NCBI GenBank assembly: GCA_002269645.1
Contig: NIVC01002548.1
Span: 62,001 to 126,000 of the forward strand
Length of the DNA stretch: 64,000 nucleotides
Source: Macrostomum lignano
Taxonomy: Eukaryota
Reading direction: 5' to 3'
In this document: positions 26,684 through 37,945 of the stretch, piece by piece
Layout: every line of letters starts with the position of its first letter
Position numbering within the stretch: position 1 is the first letter of the stretch
Position numbers and translations under genes: made by a program
Notes under the pieces: model-generated
Database searches by the model: none
Seen by the model: only the letters and a program-made list of their open reading frames with translations
Told to the model about the DNA's origin: nothing

Positions 26684-26741
26684 CTTTTGCAGCTTTACTG
26701 CCACGACCCCTTCCACGACCACGTCCGCGGCCACGAGCCAT
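26684..26741 (-). CDS. SYNCRIP: hnRNP R/Q exon 1 (predicted): MARGRGRGRGRGRGSKAAK
   Basis: ATG at 26741, 19 codons plus 1 nt, then a GTATGA donor. The phase-1 G completes exon 2's leading CT (GCT, Ala). It is an isolated GC-rich island in AT-rich DNA. Spliced CDS is 2361 nt (786 aa). Confidence 0.82.
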
Positions 26742-27170
26742 TTAGTACCAAAATGTAAAGAAAAAAGTGGGACGAGGTATTTAGTGAAACAAGATGTATT
26801 TAGTGAAACAATAGTTTTGTTGCCCTTAACAGTCTTCAGACGACAGATTGTTTTAGATGTCTAAGAAAAACGTATAAAATGGAAATTAAAATATATTTAC
26901 ATAAAATTTTCTAAACATTCTAGATTTTATTTCATTTTAAACAAAATAATAGCAAAAACAATCCAATTGTATTTAATAAAACTCTTTTTAATATTTATTT
27001 GATTATCAATTTAAAAAATTAGTTGCGTTTAATTATACAAATTGACAACTATATTTTTGCAGCTTTTTAAATTTGTAAATATTGACGATTATTGTAACGT
27101 CCCTAAAAAACCACCTTACACTGCCGACGGATTCTTGGAGTACGGCGACTTACTTTGTACGCAAATCAGT
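26742..27170. promoter_or_regulatory. Putative bidirectional promoter/5' UTR interval between hnRNP R/Q and CPSF6
   Basis: Divergent ATGs at 26741 (-) and 27171 (+). A 15-bp direct repeat GTATTTAGTGAAACA lies at 26777-26791 and 26796-26810. Confidence 0.65.
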
Positions 27171-27233
27171 ATGAACGACACAGATCAGTTAGATCTGTAT
27201 AATATTGGCGAGGAAGAGGAGTTTAAGTCAGAG
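27171..27233 (+). CDS. CPSF6: CPSF6 (CFIm68) exon 1: MNDTDQLDLYNIGEEEEFKSE
   Basis: Resembles the CPSF6 N-terminal 'ID(I/L)Y..GEEF.QE' motif; strong GAG|GTAAGC donor; phase 0 matches exon 2. Confidence 0.85.
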
Positions 27234-28113
27234 GTAAGCAACTAAGGAATTCTCAGTTTAACTAGGCCTAGGCCATAGGCATAGCATAGGCGTAGGTAGG
27301 AACATTTCAAAGAGGGAAAGGTTTTCGAAAAAATGATATAAAATGTAATACAAAAATTATTCCTTTTTATTACAATTAACGAAGTAAAACGCTAACACTA
27401 TTTTTTGGTTTTTTGTGCAATAATATCAGTTTCAACCTATTTCAGCAAAAGAATTTTTGACGAAAGTCAATAACGGCAAAAAATACTTTCACAATGACCA
27501 TTTCGTCTAAAGCTGACCATTTTGGCAAAAAAATTATTCCAAGCTTTGCTTAGGAATTTTTGTTTTAGAAGAAAGTAAAAAAATGACAAACTTTATAAAG
27601 ACTAATTTTATTGTGACATATTTTTGTTTTGTTGCAGTTTAATTTAGTTATTTTATTAGATGCCCTTCTAAGTACAATTTTTGGAGCCTGGATAATTTAA
27701 AAAACCACACCATCATCATCTGTAATCTGTCTATTGACTGCATATCAATAGATTGCATGTATATGACATAGCTACAAGTTAAGTCATGAGTTTTTAAATT
27801 TTCTAACTGCTAATAATTTGCAACAATGAACAATTTATTAAAAGCTTTAATCACCAAAGTGATATATTTGCAATATATACGTAGCCCATCTTTTCGCCAA
27901 ACTAGCCACTTTCTTTTGCCTTTTCATTTTTCATTTCATTTCATTTTCATTTTTCATTTTCATTTTCATTTTTCATTTTTCACTTTTCATTTCTATTATG
28001 GCTGCACCCATAATATCAGTGGATCTTGTGTTTTATTGCATGTGAGTAGGCCCTATGCAACTAGCCATATTTTGGTTTTGACTATGGGGTAAATGTACAT
28101 TAACCTAATAATT

Positions 28114-29011
28114 TAGAGCTCAAATGGGAGTAGAATTTTTGGGATTGGGCGGGATTGGGATTGAAAATAATTTCGGGATCAGGATTCAGGAATCCGGGAT
28201 CTGAGAATATATTACTTACTAACTAATGAATCAAGGATTCAAGGATAGTTTTATCTGACTATCTATGCTATTCAGCCTTGATGGTTGATCTAATAGCTCT
28301 AGCCTAATGCCCTAATGTGATATGCTTATTGATGAAATGAAAGAAACAAGTCCACAACTACAAATGTAAAAAAATGCTCAGTTGTTATAATGTGCCTTTA
28401 GCCAAATATCTAAAATTAGCTTTAATTGGGTGACAATTAATGGCGCGTAAAGCAAAAAAACCCATGAGGGGCTTTTCATATTGTCAATTCTTGTTCTAGA
28501 CCCTTTTTGCAAAGTATAGCTAACTTTTGAGCGCCTAAATAAAAAGGAATCAAGAGCCATTGTAGACTTTTTCTGAAAGTAAGAGTTACAAGGTGGCTAA
28601 AAATCGCACAAAAGGCGACTCTTCTGCATTAATGTAATATTGAATTGCATAAGTTATATTGCTTTTTTCTTGTAAAATTCTGTTTCTGGAATTGCTTCAT
28701 GAAAAGCCTCATACTCGTTAGTTCGTTATTTACAAGTACAACTCTTTACAAATCTGTTACTAAGTAAAAATCTGTTGCTTTATTTGGTGAATTCAAGGTC
28801 AAACTTTCAACATATTTATAGTTGCTGTTACAAAAATTAGCTTTGTATTGTTTACTGCTCTTGATTGTTGAAAGCATCATCTTCATTATCAATCTATTGT
28901 GCTCCCGAATCCCGAGTTCTCTAAGCCTTTGGGATCCTGATCCCGAATTCCCAAAAAATCTTTGGGATCCTAAGAATTTGAGATCGGGATCGGGATCCGG
29001 TTCGAGCTCTA
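28114..29011. mobile_element. Putative MITE with TAGAGCTC...GAGCTCTA ends and subterminal GGGAT/ATCCC motifs, in CPSF6 intron 1
   Basis: 16-bp ends match 13/16. GGGATT-type motifs cluster on the left and TCCCGA-type motifs on the right. TSD uncertain. Confidence 0.5.
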
Positions 29012-30099
29012 CCTAATATACATTGAGTGATATAGTAATAGTCCACTTTGGTAACAGCTACTTTAGTATAGCCACTTTGGTAAAAAATTAACACTTGGAT
29101 AAGCCTGTAAAAATGAAGCTTGGTTTAGGTATTGTTTGAATTTTCAAAATGTTGGGCTCATATGTGTACTGTATAGTAGGATATAGAAACTAGGTGTGGT
29201 TGCCAATTATTTTCTCTAAAAATAATATAGTCAATAACAAGTATAGAAATCAGATTTGAAATTGAAGTGAGCAATAATAAGTTAAGTAATTCAAGTTCAA
29301 TATGCTTATAATTAAGCAAGCACCCGAATGATTAATTGCAATTGTAACAACTTAGTTAGGCACTTTTATTAACAACTAACATCAATGATCTAATGAAGTA
29401 GAATACTGAATTGGATAATCCTAAGGCTCTAATGGTAAAATCTAATGCTAATGAATGCTGTTATTAAGTGTTAAGATGCTAAGCTACATTGTGACTCATG
29501 ACTTAGTAGCCTAAGTTGACCATTGAACTGTCCCAGTGTGACGCTCTTTCCAATTTGAATATATTTCTTATAAACTAAATAATAACAAAATAAGTAGATA
29601 ATGTACCAATATGCTACTAGAATTATAGAATAGGGACAGGAGTAGAAAATAATATAAATACAATTATATAAAACTAAGAAATTCTAAAGAAATTACAATA
29701 TTCAAAATCTAAGCTACAATTTCATTATAGGCCTAACAGCATAGCCATTTTGCCTTTTTTTTATAACAGCCACTTCTATAACAAATAGTGTTCATCAGTT
29801 AAACAAAAATAACTAGAAAAAAACTGGTTCTTAATGGCATAAAAATGTAAGACACATTTTTATTCCCCATTTTTACAAAGATTAAAAAGTTGCAAGTCTT
29901 GAATATTAAGGTCATTTTGCTTTTTTGTCTTGGTATGTTTTTATAGGAAAATTTAGTTTAAATAAATAGTTAAACATAATATAGAAAATATTCATTCAAT
30001 ACTATTTATGCAAATATCCCCTATTGGAATAAATGTTAAAAACCCGCGGACGTGCACTTTAGAAAAAAGTCAAACTATTTTACTGCGCTTTAGGATTAT

Positions 30100-30409
30100 T
30101 AGAGATGTTCCGAAAGATTTGCAGTTTCGTTGAAATCAAAATTCATTAACTTTCCAAAATCAAAATTGAAATTTCCCAAAATCATAATTCAGAAAAACAA
30201 AGTTTAGTATGATCAACACTCACTTTTTTACTTTCAATTTACTGCTTAGGCAAAAAGTAATACATGTATATGTAGTAGAAAGTAGTTTATTTTTAGCAAC
30301 TTTTTAGACACTACCAAAATTTTCACTTCTAAATTTTTTTGAAATTGGAATTTGCTCTAAAAAATTTCAAATTTTGGAAAATTGAAATTGAATTTTTAGA
30401 ACATCTCTA
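30100..30409. mobile_element. Putative MITE with 11-bp TIR TAGAGATGTTC
   Basis: Perfect 11-bp inverted ends at 30100-30110 and 30399-30409; AT-rich interior; no TSD recognised. Confidence 0.45.
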
Positions 30410-31850
30410 AGCTTAATAAATTACGAGTGTATAAGCCCCTTCAACAGAGGTATTATACCCATTTCCATGTATATGTATTTGCTAGAGCAGCAGCCAGTAA
30501 GAAAGGGCAGCGCGCGCGCAGGCGATGCGCCTCTGCATGTGCTGCACTTTAGAAAAATTTCAAAAGTGCGCCGGATACCCTCCACAGTTTTACAACTTTT
30601 TCCTATAGGGCAAATATCATTTAACAACAATTTTGCTAATTTATAATATGGCTGCAGGAAAATTAGGAATATAGAGATTTAACCATCTAAAACAATAAAT
30701 TGTAGCTATAGGGATGGCATGATACAATTTGGTATGGCTGTGGCTACAGAGATATGGCAGCAGAACACTAGGTGCTATACCTAAGAAAGTATACATTATA
30801 ATAGAAAACTCCAATGAATATTAATAGCACTTAAACTAAAAAATAATAATCAACTCCCCTAAACAAATCTAAAAATATAAAATCAAAAGATTTAAATCAA
30901 TCTGGGAATAAAAAATATAACAAAAGTTAAGGGTAATAAGAATCCCCAACAAAGACATTAAAAATCATAACAAAATCAGGGAAAAATTGCACACAAGTTA
31001 GCACACATTGTGCATAGCAAAAGCTGCTAGTCAGAAGAATTTAATTGATCTTTAAAAAATTCCACTATAAAATTATAAATGTATTATTTATTTATGCCAT
31101 GAAATTCAGCTTATACTCCCAATAAAACTTTGTGCAAATAGTTACATTGCTTTATTTGTTAGAAATTTAATAAGTTTGCAGAAAAGAATAATTTGAAAAA
31201 ATCTGATGTTTTATCATTATGTAACAAAGTTAACACATTGGTTTGAATGTGCTAAGTTCGATATTTGATAGTGTATGTGCTAAGCATTAATTGAAATCTA
31301 TTAATATTGTAAATACAACCCAATTTCAATTAGATTAGATATACTTCTAAAAATATATAAACAAAGTTATAACAAAAATGACTGTTGAAAAGAAAAACAT
31401 AAGATCAAAATGAATATATATATCTAAGCTTATATATTTATTCTAAAAGTAATACCAAATAAAATTAGATTATTGCAATAACAATAGTAATAATGTTATA
31501 CTTGCCCTTTCTACAAAAATTAGGGATTGGCTCAATGCTTTTTACAAGTTAGAAAAAAAGCAGGGCTTACAATTAATATTTGTAGTTGATAAAATGACTT
31601 TTACTGTAGTGTGCACCTTAGGGCCTAGGTGAAGGGCTATTCAGAAGTTAAAATAGATGGGGTCAACATTATAGGGTTGAATACCAGTAGGCCTGGAATT
31701 AGAAATTCTCATAATGGTTTGCATTGCTTCACTATGAAGCATTGTCAGTCAGCTTCCATTGATAAATCATTAGTTGATAAAGTTCTGACAAGCATAGGCA
31801 ATGCTAGACAGTGGCTGTACACTTTGTCACAACACCCAACCTGCTCCTAG

Positions 31851-33758
31851 GAGGTGGACAATGATGACAACGATGGCGGCCAGGTTTCGGCGCCTCCCAG
31901 TGGCAATGGCAGCAAAGCCAACAGTGTCACCGGTGGCAGCGGCGGCGGTAGCAGCGGCACCATCAAGCTGTCCGGCATTAAAAGTGAATCTGGCGACTCC
32001 AGCCAGGTGACAGCATCCACCAATGGCCAGCAGCAGCAGCAGTCATCGTCCTACAGTCGCAAGGTGGCCATGTACGTTGGCAATCTGACCTGGTGGACAA
32101 CAGACGAAGACATCCTGGCCAGCATGCAGGAATTGGGCGTCAGCGATATTGTTGAGATCAAGTTTCACGAGAACAGGCAGAATGGCCAGTCCAAGGGCTT
32201 CTGCGTGCTGGTTGTGGGCTCCGAGCAGTCCAGTCGCACTGTGATGGACCGCCTGCCAAAGATGGAGCTGCACGGCCAGCAGCCCATGGTTACTCACTGC
32301 AATAAACAGACTCTGCAGTATTTTGAGCAGCAAGCCGGCGGCGGCAGAGGCGACAGGGACGGTGGCGGCCAGAGTGGCTCGGGTGGCCGGTCTGGCGGCG
32401 GTCGCGAAGACAGAGATGGCGGCGGCCAGCAGGGCATGCAGCAGCGGGATGGCTACCGCGGTGGTGGTGGCGGCGGCGGCATGCGGCAGTCGGGCGGCCA
32501 GCAGGGCGGCTCGCAGTTCAATAATCGGCCTCAGCCATTGATGGCTTCGTCTGCACAGCCGCAGAATCAGCAGCTGGCCCAGCAGATGGCTCAGCAGATG
32601 CAGCAGCAGCAACAGCAGGCTCAAATGCTGGCCTATCAGCAGCAGCGCATGGCCATGGCCGCCCAGCAGCAGCCGCCTCAGTTCATGCGGCCTGGCATGC
32701 CGCCGCCTCAGGCTGGGCAGTTCATGCGACCCCCAGCCGGTATGATGCTGCCGCCTGGCGGGCCGCACATGCCGCCGCAGCAGGGCATGCCGCCGGGCTC
32801 TCAGGCTGGCGGGCCGCCGCCTCAGGGCATGGTTATGCCGGGCGGCCGGCCACCAGGTATGCCCGGTATGCCGCCAGGTATGCCACCGCAGCAGGGCGGG
32901 CCGCAGCCGCATGGTGGCATGCCACCGCCTGGACCAGCCACCACGGCTGCTCCGCACATCAATCCGGCTTTCTTTCCCAGGCCGCCGATGCCGCCTGGAG
33001 GGGGACCGCCTGGCGGCCCTGGCATGCCGCCACAGCAGCAACCTGGCGGCCCGGGTCAGCAGCCACCGGGCATGATGCCTGGCGGCCCTCCCCAGCTGGA
33101 CATGTTTGGCAGGCCAATCGCTCCTGGATCCTTTATGCCGCATCAGCAGCAGCATCCGCCATCGTCTATGGCCGGCCCGGGCGGACCTGGCGGAGTTCCC
33201 GTGTCCAGCTCTGGCGTCGGCATGCCGCCAGCCAGCGTCGCTGCAGCTGCCGGCCTGTCCGAGTCCGATGCCGAGGAGATGCTGGCCAGGAACAAGACGG
33301 TGTGCAGCTCGGCCATCAGCCGGGCGGTGCAGGATGCCGCGGCCGGTGACTACGCTGCCGCCATTGAAACCCTGGTGACGGCCATCTCGCTGATCAAGCA
33401 GAGCAAACTGGCCGGAGACGATCGGTGCGCCATTCTGATCAACTCGCTGCAGGACACCCTGCACGGCATCGAGAGCAAAAGCTACGGCACCAGCCAGAAG
33501 GCCGGCGGTCGCAGCGGCGGCGGAGGCGGCGGCCGATCCAGCAGTCGGCGCCGCCGGTCGTACAGCCGGTCTGGCAGCGAAGAGCTGGACGACCGGGTGG
33601 TGAGCGCCAGCAAGCGGTCGCGCAGTCGCAGCCGAGACGGCGGCGGCAGCAGCAGCAAGCGTCGGCGAAGTCGCGACCGCGGCGACCGCTACGACTACGA
33701 GAGCGGCGGCGGCGGCGGCGGTAGTCGGCGTCATGGCGACCGCTCCTACAGGCACTGA
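31851..33758 (+). CDS. CPSF6: CPSF6 (CFIm68) exon 2: RRM, Gln/Pro-rich region, helical domain, RS domain, stop
   Basis: Acceptor CTCCTAG|GAG; MYVGNLTWWTTDED...KFHENRQNGQSKGF; NKTVCSSAISRAVQDAAAGDYAAAIETLVTAISLIKQSK; C-terminal RS/RD repeats. Confidence 0.96.
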   Translation, partial: EVDNDDNDGGQVSAPPSGNGSKANSVTGGSGGGSSGTIKLSGIKSESGDSSQVTASTNGQQQQQSSSYSRKVAMYVGNLTWWTTDEDILASMQELGVSDIVEIKFHENRQNGQSKGFCVLVVGSEQSSRTVMDRLPKMELHGQQPMVTHCNKQTLQYFEQQAGGGRGDRDGGGQSGSGGRSGGGREDRDGGGQQGMQQRDGYRGGGGGGGMRQSGGQQGGSQFNNRPQPLMASSAQPQNQQLAQQMAQQMQQQQQQAQMLAYQQQRMAMAAQQQPPQFMRPGMPPPQAGQFMRPPAGMMLPPGGPHMPPQQGMPPGSQAGGPPPQGMVMPGGRPPGMPGMPPGMPPQQGGPQPHGGMPPPGPATTAAPHINPAFFPRPPMPPGGGPPGGPGMPPQQQPGGPGQQPPGMMPGGPPQLDMFGRPIAPGSFMPHQQQHPPSSMAGPGGPGGVPVSSSGVGMPPASVAAAAGLSESDAEEMLARNKTVCSSAISRAVQDAAAGDYAAAIETLVTAISLIKQSKLAGDDRCAILINSLQDTLHGIESKSYGTSQKAGGRSGGGGGGRSSSRRRRSYSRSGSEELDDRVVSASKRSRSRSRDGGGSSSKRRRSRDRGDRYDYESGGGGGGSRRHGDRSYRH

Positions 33759-36444
33759 GGGCGGCAGCGGCGATGAGGAACTGAAAAAGCATTAAGTAGT
33801 CTGCCCTGATCCGTGAGTTGCATAAATATTTCTGCATTTCATGTCTGCATTTCTTCTCCCAAGAGTTTTATTGAGTTTGTTTTATTGATACCTTTGGCAT
33901 AAAATTAATCTGATTATTTTTCACTACGTGTGTCGCATTGTGCCAAAAACCAGTGTTGAGTCCTTCAATTAGCAGCTATCATTTATCAATTTTGATTTGT
34001 TTGCTAAATAATAGGAGATGATTAAAAATTGCATTTTTTGTGTTCCAAAGTTTCTTACTCCATGTGATGATGGCGTCTTAGTTTGAGGGACGAGTTTTTA
34101 TTCAACTTTTAATGCTCAACTTGCTGCATTTCTTTGGTCGGGTTAATTATATTTTACTAGTATTGTTGTATGCTAGCAGTGCAATACATAATCCATGGGT
34201 TTATTCAGTATATCCGCATACTAATCCAAATGAAATTTGTTGTGCTCAAGTGGAATTTGGGTCACGAGATTGTTGGTTGACCCCTCAGCGTGTTTGCTGA
34301 CAATTTTATAAGTCACTTGTGCAAACTAAATTGGCTTGAAGTCACTTTGTTGGCCTACTATTAAGTAGTATGTCGATGCTAACAGCTTCAACCTCTTTAA
34401 GCAGCTCTTTTAATCTGCTTCTATTTAGTGTCCGAAGTATCTTTTTTCTGCAAAAAAAGTCTGTGTACATTTCTTTCTGTTGCGAACACCTACTAGGGAG
34501 CTGGTCTGGCAGGATGAAGTAACCTGGTTGCTACCCACACAGTTAATAATTGAGTTGTCTTTCACGAATATTTTGCACTTCTACGCTTGTTAATAGAACG
34601 AGTGCATTTCTCGCCGTCAGGGGCTTGTACAGGCTGTGGTTCAGGTTCAGTGCTAATGTCAGTTATAGAATTGAAGATGCTGTGTTTCCTGAGTATTTGC
34701 TTATAAAGTATAAACACCCCAGTTTTTATTGGTGAGTCAGTATTGCTTGTACGCGCTGGCGAGGCGAGTGTTTGCCTCAGGGATTTGAAGTTGGTACAAT
34801 TATATATGAGACTTATTTGTCCGTTTAACTTATAGTGATTATACTAATGCTTGTACTTTCAATTGCACACTGTTTTCTAGTGCGATTGGTTCTTAGCAAA
34901 ATTTATCATAAATTTATTAGCAATCAGAAATTTAGGATTATGAAATCCCCAGTTTCAAGCTGTCAATCTTTTTTCGCTTCTTGATCTCCACACCTTGTGC
35001 TTGTGTCGGGGAAATGTCTGCATATACCCGTATATACTACTGTTCTCTTACTGTTCATAGTAGTAGTACTATAGTAGGAATATTTGACTATTGTCTCCAG
35101 TTTTCCGGAAAATTTGCTGCGATAAAATTGCGGAATCAATTCCCAAGCCAGAAAAAGTTATGTTCTACGGTAAAAGTAGCATCTGCTTTGTTTGTGCCAA
35201 ATTAATTAAACAAGCAGTTTGGCAAGCGAGGATCTTCCAGTGCATCGCAGTGCGCAGACATGCAAAACGGTAGGAATTGGCATTGTCAATATTGCGTTAA
35301 CCTGTGACCCTAATTTAAACTGCATTGAATCGCAATAATATTTATACTTTTTTTGCGTTGCTTTTGCATTGTCTGCTCAGAAATTTATTTGTGCGTTTGT
35401 GTTGCCACCCTCTGCTCATTTTTTCTAGGTCAGTCTGTGCCGCTCATTTCTGCAATCAGCGGCCCCCACTGCTTGCAGCACGGATTTTAAGCGACTGGCA
35501 TCATCTGTAACTGAAACTGAACAGCTCCTCACCTGTTGCTGTCTTTTGCGGTAGCTTTTTTTATTTGTCTGCGCACCTCTGGTTATTTATATTCTGCCTA
35601 GTTAACCCCTTGCTAATCCCCCAATTTGTGTTCTCTGTCAGCTTTGCTTTGCTCATTTTTCACTTGGTAGAAAAATAATCAATATTTTCTGTTCGAGCAT
35701 CTCCAGTTTACTAAATTATATATTAGTTAAGTATGTAGGAATGTAAACTCGTGTGTTTTATTATTATTATTATTAATAATTCCGTTAGCTGTTGTGCTGC
35801 GCTTGGCAATTTGCATCTGGTGTGGGTGGGAGTGGAATTGAAGAGCATTGTGTACTTTTTATTTAGCAAATTTTTTAGCTTATAATAATTTATAAGCTAG
35901 TAGGAGCTTGAGCCGTCATCATTTCTCAAAATCATTAAATTGCTGCATTTAGAGTTGCTAACTAGCTAGTAATCCACCTATTGAGTCCTATATGATTTTG
36001 TTAGGGCCAATTTAAGGCTATTAAGAAGTTTAGAGCCATCAGAATTCGATCTTATCATTGCACATGCTGGGTTCCCGGTTTGCGTTGTATCTATAATTAT
36101 AAATATTGTTTCAACTTGTTCCTTTTCTCCTGTTGTTATTACAACATATTCATAGTCAATGTAATGTGACCTTGTTTGTAATCAGCTATGCTAATCCCAA
36201 TTCAAACCCCAAACCAATTAGTAGTTTTTACTATTTTAAATGCTGTCAGTTGACTGCTATCTGTTGAGTTTTGCTCTGCGTTGTAAACAACCATTTGACC
36301 TATGTTGCAACTAAAATAATTCAGCTTAAAGCAAAACAAATCCTTCTTTGCAATTCGTGAGAAAAAAATGAAAAGAAGTTGTTAATATCTCTTTTAATTT
36401 CTGAATTGTAAAAAAATTATATTGTAACTCTGGGATTGGATGAC

Positions 36445-36765
36445 GGGTGAATGTCTGGGGCGGATGGTGTGGGGATGTCTGAAGCGGCCGTTGTGGGGAT
36501 GTCTGGAGCCGATGGTGTGGGGATGTCTGGAGCCGATGGTGTGGGGATGTCTGGAGCCGATGGTGTGGGGATGTCTGGAGCCGATGGTGTGGGGATGTCT
36601 GAGGCCGATGGTGTGGGGATGTCTGGAGCCGATGGTGTGGGGATGTCTGAGGCCGATGGTGTGGGGATGTCTGAGGCCGATGGTGTGGGGATGTCTGAGG
36701 CCGATAATGTGGGGATGTCTGAGGCCGATGGTGTGGGGATGTCTGGAGCCGATGGTGTGGGGATA
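36445..36765. repeat. 24-bp minisatellite (GATGTCTGGAGCCGATGGTGTGGG), ~13 copies
   Basis: Seen directly; gives 8-residue periodic ORFs in several frames. Confidence 0.93.
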
Positions 36766-36987
36766 TCTTTACTGTACCCTACCGGCGTGGACATGCGCGC
36801 ACTTTGCGTTTCGTCAACTGCCTGGTGGCTGATGCTGGCGCCCCGGACACTGCCGGCGGCGCGGTCTACGTCCGCGCCCAGGCCTTGAAACGCGCTCTGT
36901 GACGTTGTCTTTGCCTCTCATGACTCGCTTGACTGGCTGACGTGTTTTGTTGTTTTGGTTGTAATGTGAAAAGCGACCCCAAGTAGA

Positions 36988-37265
36988 CTAGACTAAAGCG
37001 AACACAGAGTTCCGCCAGGTGCTGCCGCACCTCTGCTCAGGGTTGCCAGTGCAGGCGCCTCGGCAGTCGCTCTCCGCGGCCACACCGTACCGCCCGAGTG
37101 CCCGCAGGAAGAGCCGCAGAAGCAATGAGACCTGCACTGCACGCCGAAGAATGGCGAGCCCTTCTGAGAGCAGAAGCTGCTGCAAAACTCGTGCGACATC
37201 TCCCTGCTGCTGGTGGATCGGGCGTCTTTAAAGCAGCCAATGAAAGCAGAGTTCTTGCGGGACAT
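36988..37265 (-). pseudogene. WSC-domain gene fragment with a frameshift near 37095
   Basis: Frame 1 AFIGCFKD...MSHEFCSSFCSQKGSPFFGVQCRSHCFCG; frame 2 RYGVAAESDCRGACTGNPEQRCGSTWRNSVF*. Together they give the 8-Cys WSC pattern. Confidence 0.75.
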
Positions 37266-37398
37266 TTGGTACCGTTTGCTGTTGGCGAAGGTTGCTCAGC
37301 GTTCCTGCTCTTATACTCACCATCACTGGAGGCAGCTTGTTGAATATTTCTCAGTGTACTACTTATAGTAACAAATCTAAGCATAGACTATACATGTA

Positions 37399-37560
37399 GG
37401 TTGTAGCCTAGTGGGTTAGAGTGGCGGACTCACGACTGAGCGGCCAAATGGCCGGAAAAACTTCGATTCTCTAACACTGCGAACAATTTGTGTCTTTGAG
37501 CAAGACACTTAACTCTGCATTAATGCTCAGTTCACCCAGCTGAAAATGGTACACGAGCAA
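37399..37560 (+). mobile_element. tRNA-derived SINE with a CORE-like domain (3' end not delimited)
   Basis: A box TAGCCTAGTGG (37404), B-box-like ACTTCGATTC (37460), then TGTGTCTTTGAGCAAGACACTTAACTCTG...TGCTCAGTTCACCCAGCTGAAAATGG, resembling the MIR/CORE consensus as I recall it. Confidence 0.72.
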
Positions 37561-37945
37561 TGGGCATTAAGCTGGGGTAATTGAAGTTGTACGTGGCGAC
37601 CCCCAGTCCTTGAAATGAGCAGCCGTACGCGGCTTTCAGTTCAGATGCGCCGCGCAATAGCTGCGGCTGAGCTGTCGGTTTCAAATCAGCCCATTGGGGC
37701 AGGTGTAATAAAAATCGAGCAGAAGATAGCTGCATTTGCTCACAGAAATTGATGCCATTTTTGTCGGCTTTGTATTGTCATCAAGACTAATGTTTTAGCT
37801 GTTAGAATTTCTTTTATAAACTATTTCCAATGTGATAGAATTGGACTCTTGTAGTGTGAATCAATAGATTTCATTATCACATGTAGATGCTCATAAGTAT
37901 TGCAGTTTGACAATTAGTCAATAGAAAATCAAGCGCATAATTGTG

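Noticed and set aside
32043-33755. Long antisense or alternate-frame ORFs over CPSF6, hnRNP R/Q, P450, WARS and LINE ORF1
   Set aside because: Expected shadows of GC-rich coding sequence; no independent motifs.
37399-37475. tRNA gene
   Set aside because: A and B boxes are present but there is no convincing cloverleaf, and a CORE-like body follows, so it is a SINE head.
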